A stretch of 64,000 nucleotides of DNA from an uncultured delta proteobacterium. GTDB taxonomy: Bacteria > Desulfobacterota > Zymogenia > Zymogenales > Zymogenaceae. Both the position numbers and the translations under genes were made by a program. Of this stretch, positions 62,122 to 64,000 are shown piece by piece. Below the pieces are notes generated by a model. The model made no database searches. It was not told the origin of the DNA and saw only the letters and a list, made by a program, of their open reading frames with translations. The stretch lies in contig CAWBYW010000016.1 in assembly GCA_963792965.1 (NCBI GenBank), forward strand, positions 1 to 64,000. Direction: 5' to 3'. Numbering within the stretch: position 1 is the stretch's first letter; every line of letters begins with the position of its first letter.

Positions 62122-62207
62122 TGTGTTGAATGATCTGCATTCCCAAACCCTCCTTGATCATCGGATAACCTCTCTTTCCTAGACCACATGAATTCCCAAA
62201 AATCATC

Positions 62208-62236
62208 TTGACAAGTTTCCCCTCCCATGTTAATTT
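62208..62236 (+). promoter_or_regulatory. sigma70 promoter of the tRNA-Lys/tRNA-Leu/tig unit
   Basis: TTGACA-N17-TAATTT with an extended TG. Confidence 0.65.
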
Positions 62237-62262
62237 TTCAGGATATGGATTAATACTTCTCC

Positions 62263-62338
62263 GGGCCATTAGCTCAATTGGTAGAGCAACTGACTCTTAA
62301 TCAGTAGGTCTCAGGTTCGATCCCTGAATGGCCCACCA
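62263..62338 (+). tRNA. tRNA-Lys (CTT)
   Basis: GGGCCATTAGCTCAATTGGTAGAGCAACTGACTCTTAATCAGTAGG...GGTTCGATCCCTGAATGGCCCACCA. Confidence 0.97.
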
Positions 62339-62366
62339 TTTTTCTTCCGGTACGTTCCGCCGAGCA

Positions 62367-62452
<86 letters not shown>

Positions 62453-62519
62453 CTTTCCCGCCCGCATCATTTTGCACTCATAACAATCATCCCATACACA
62501 TAACGAGGAGTTCGATCTC

Positions 62520-63854
62520 ATGAAGGTAACCGTGGAAGACGTGTCGAGCGTCAAGAAAAAAATCACCGTCACCGTCCCCAAGGACGCGGTCAACGCCGCC
62601 GTCGAGGATGCCTATACCGCTATCAATAAGAAGGCCAAGGTCAAGGGCTTCAGGCCCGGCAGGGTCCCCCGTCCCATCCTGAAATCTCTCTTCAAGGATC
62701 AGATGAGGGAGGACGCCGCCGAAAAACTCTTCGGCGACACCTACCCCAAGGCGCTCGACGAGGCCGGCGTCCACCCGGTCTCTTACCCCGAGGTCGACAC
62801 CAAGGGCGTCACCGAAGACGAGGAGTTTATCTACTCCGCGGCCGTAGAGATCATGCCGGCCCTCGAGCTTTCCGATTACAAACAGATCGAGGTCGAGCGG
62901 CTGAGGGTCGATATCGGGAAAAAAGAGATCGAGGACTTCCTGAACAGACTGGCCGATTCCCACGCAACCCTTGAAGCGGAAGAAAAGGAGCGACCCATAA
63001 AGAAAGGCGACATCGTCACCGTCAGCTTCGAGGGATTCATCGACGGCAAACCCGCCAAAGACACCAAGGCCGAGAACTATCCCGTTGAGATCGGAGCGGG
63101 AAGATTTATCGAGGATTTCGAGAAGAACCTGATCGACAAAAAGCCCGGCGAGCACCTCGAGTTCGAGGTCACCTTCGGGGCCGATTACCATAACAAGGAC
63201 CTCGCCGGAAAAACCGTGACGTTCCATGTCGACGTCAAGGAGATCAGGGTAAAGAAGGTCCCCGAGATCGATGACGAATTCGCCAAGGATGTGGGCGAGT
63301 TCGCGGACCTCAAGGCCCTCAAGGAAGACGTGAAAAAGCGCCTCGAGGAGGCCGCCGCGAAAAGGGAGGACCAGGGGATACGGCAGCGGATCGTGAAGCA
63401 GCTCGTTGAAAAGAACCCCGTGGATGTTCCCAAGGCGCTCGTCGAGGCCCAGAGCGTCGATATCATCAGGGACACCGAGATGCGTCTGCGCTCCCAGGGG
63501 CTTTCCCTTGAGATGATGGAGAGCAAGCCCGAGGAGATGTTCCAGACCGTCCGTCCGCGCGCGGAGTTCGAGGTAAAGGCACAGCTGATCATCGGCGAGA
63601 TCGCAAAGCGCGAGGGCATCACGACGACGAGGGAGGAGGCCGAAGAGCGCCTGAAGAACGATGCCGAGTCGCTCAGGATGAAATATGACGAAATAAAGAG
63701 ACGGTATGACAAGAACGACTCCTGGGACGAATTGACCACCCGGATGACTGAGGAAAAAACCCTTGATTTTCTGGCAAAGCTTGTTAAAATAAAAGAGGTG
63801 AAGAAGCTGTCGAAGGAATTTGAGACCGATGAGGGGGCTGAAGACGAGAAATAG
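62520..63854 (+). CDS. tig: Trigger factor
   Basis: GFRPGRVP ribosome-binding motif, FKBP domain (FIEDFE, VTF..DY...LAGK..TF.V), IDDEFAK. Confidence 0.97.
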   Translation: MKVTVEDVSSVKKKITVTVPKDAVNAAVEDAYTAINKKAKVKGFRPGRVPRPILKSLFKDQMREDAAEKLFGDTYPKALDEAGVHPVSYPEVDTKGVTEDEEFIYSAAVEIMPALELSDYKQIEVERLRVDIGKKEIEDFLNRLADSHATLEAEEKERPIKKGDIVTVSFEGFIDGKPAKDTKAENYPVEIGAGRFIEDFEKNLIDKKPGEHLEFEVTFGADYHNKDLAGKTVTFHVDVKEIRVKKVPEIDDEFAKDVGEFADLKALKEDVKKRLEEAAAKREDQGIRQRIVKQLVEKNPVDVPKALVEAQSVDIIRDTEMRLRSQGLSLEMMESKPEEMFQTVRPRAEFEVKAQLIIGEIAKREGITTTREEAEERLKNDAESLRMKYDEIKRRYDKNDSWDELTTRMTEEKTLDFLAKLVKIKEVKKLSKEFETDEGAEDEK

Positions 63855-64000
63855 GCCTTTCCGGAAGACGGGAGGACGATTTTTCGATAGCGGATCCGAA
63901 AGACAGCTTCTGGGACCGAAAAACGACGTATTTCTTAGTTTATGGAGGGGCGTGCGCCCCGGAAAGTGAAGAACACGCATAAACGATAGCGGCACGGCGA

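Overview
64-kb bacterial chromosomal window, mostly GC-rich, with AT-rich inserts at about 37-39.7, 56.3-57.6 and 60.4-61.9 kb. Gene content (SOR, sigma-54 promoter, outer-membrane barrel, V4R proteins) suggests an anaerobic diderm, Deltaproteobacteria-like; taxonomy cannot be fixed from the sequence alone. It contains five tRNAs (Phe, Lys-TTT, Glu, Lys-CTT, Leu), tig, citrate synthase, fucK and many metabolic genes. At least 11 genes are broken by indels, probably long-read errors. Main highlights: (1) a ~19-kb three-gene operon behind a sigma-54-type promoter, encoding an 810-aa outer-membrane beta-barrel, a ~970-aa Ig-repeat/DUF11/SdrD-B protein and a ~4,590-aa DUF11 (isopeptide-type) repeat protein with a duplicated (alpha/alpha)6-like domain, a candidate uncharacterised export/surface-display system; (2) two paralogous operons 43 kb apart, each starting with a cupredoxin-fold gene and a PsbP-like gene, sharing a 38-bp upstream motif with an ATTAC-N6-GTAAT-type box, one copy next to a CusRS/CzcRS-like pair; (3) a sulfofructose-transaldolase-like gene coupled to a LarA-family nickel-pincer racemase; (4) integron cassettes with attC sites but no integrase; (5) tandem single-gene islets, each closed by a copy of the tRNA-Glu 3' end. 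All family calls come from motif recognition by eye, without database searches.
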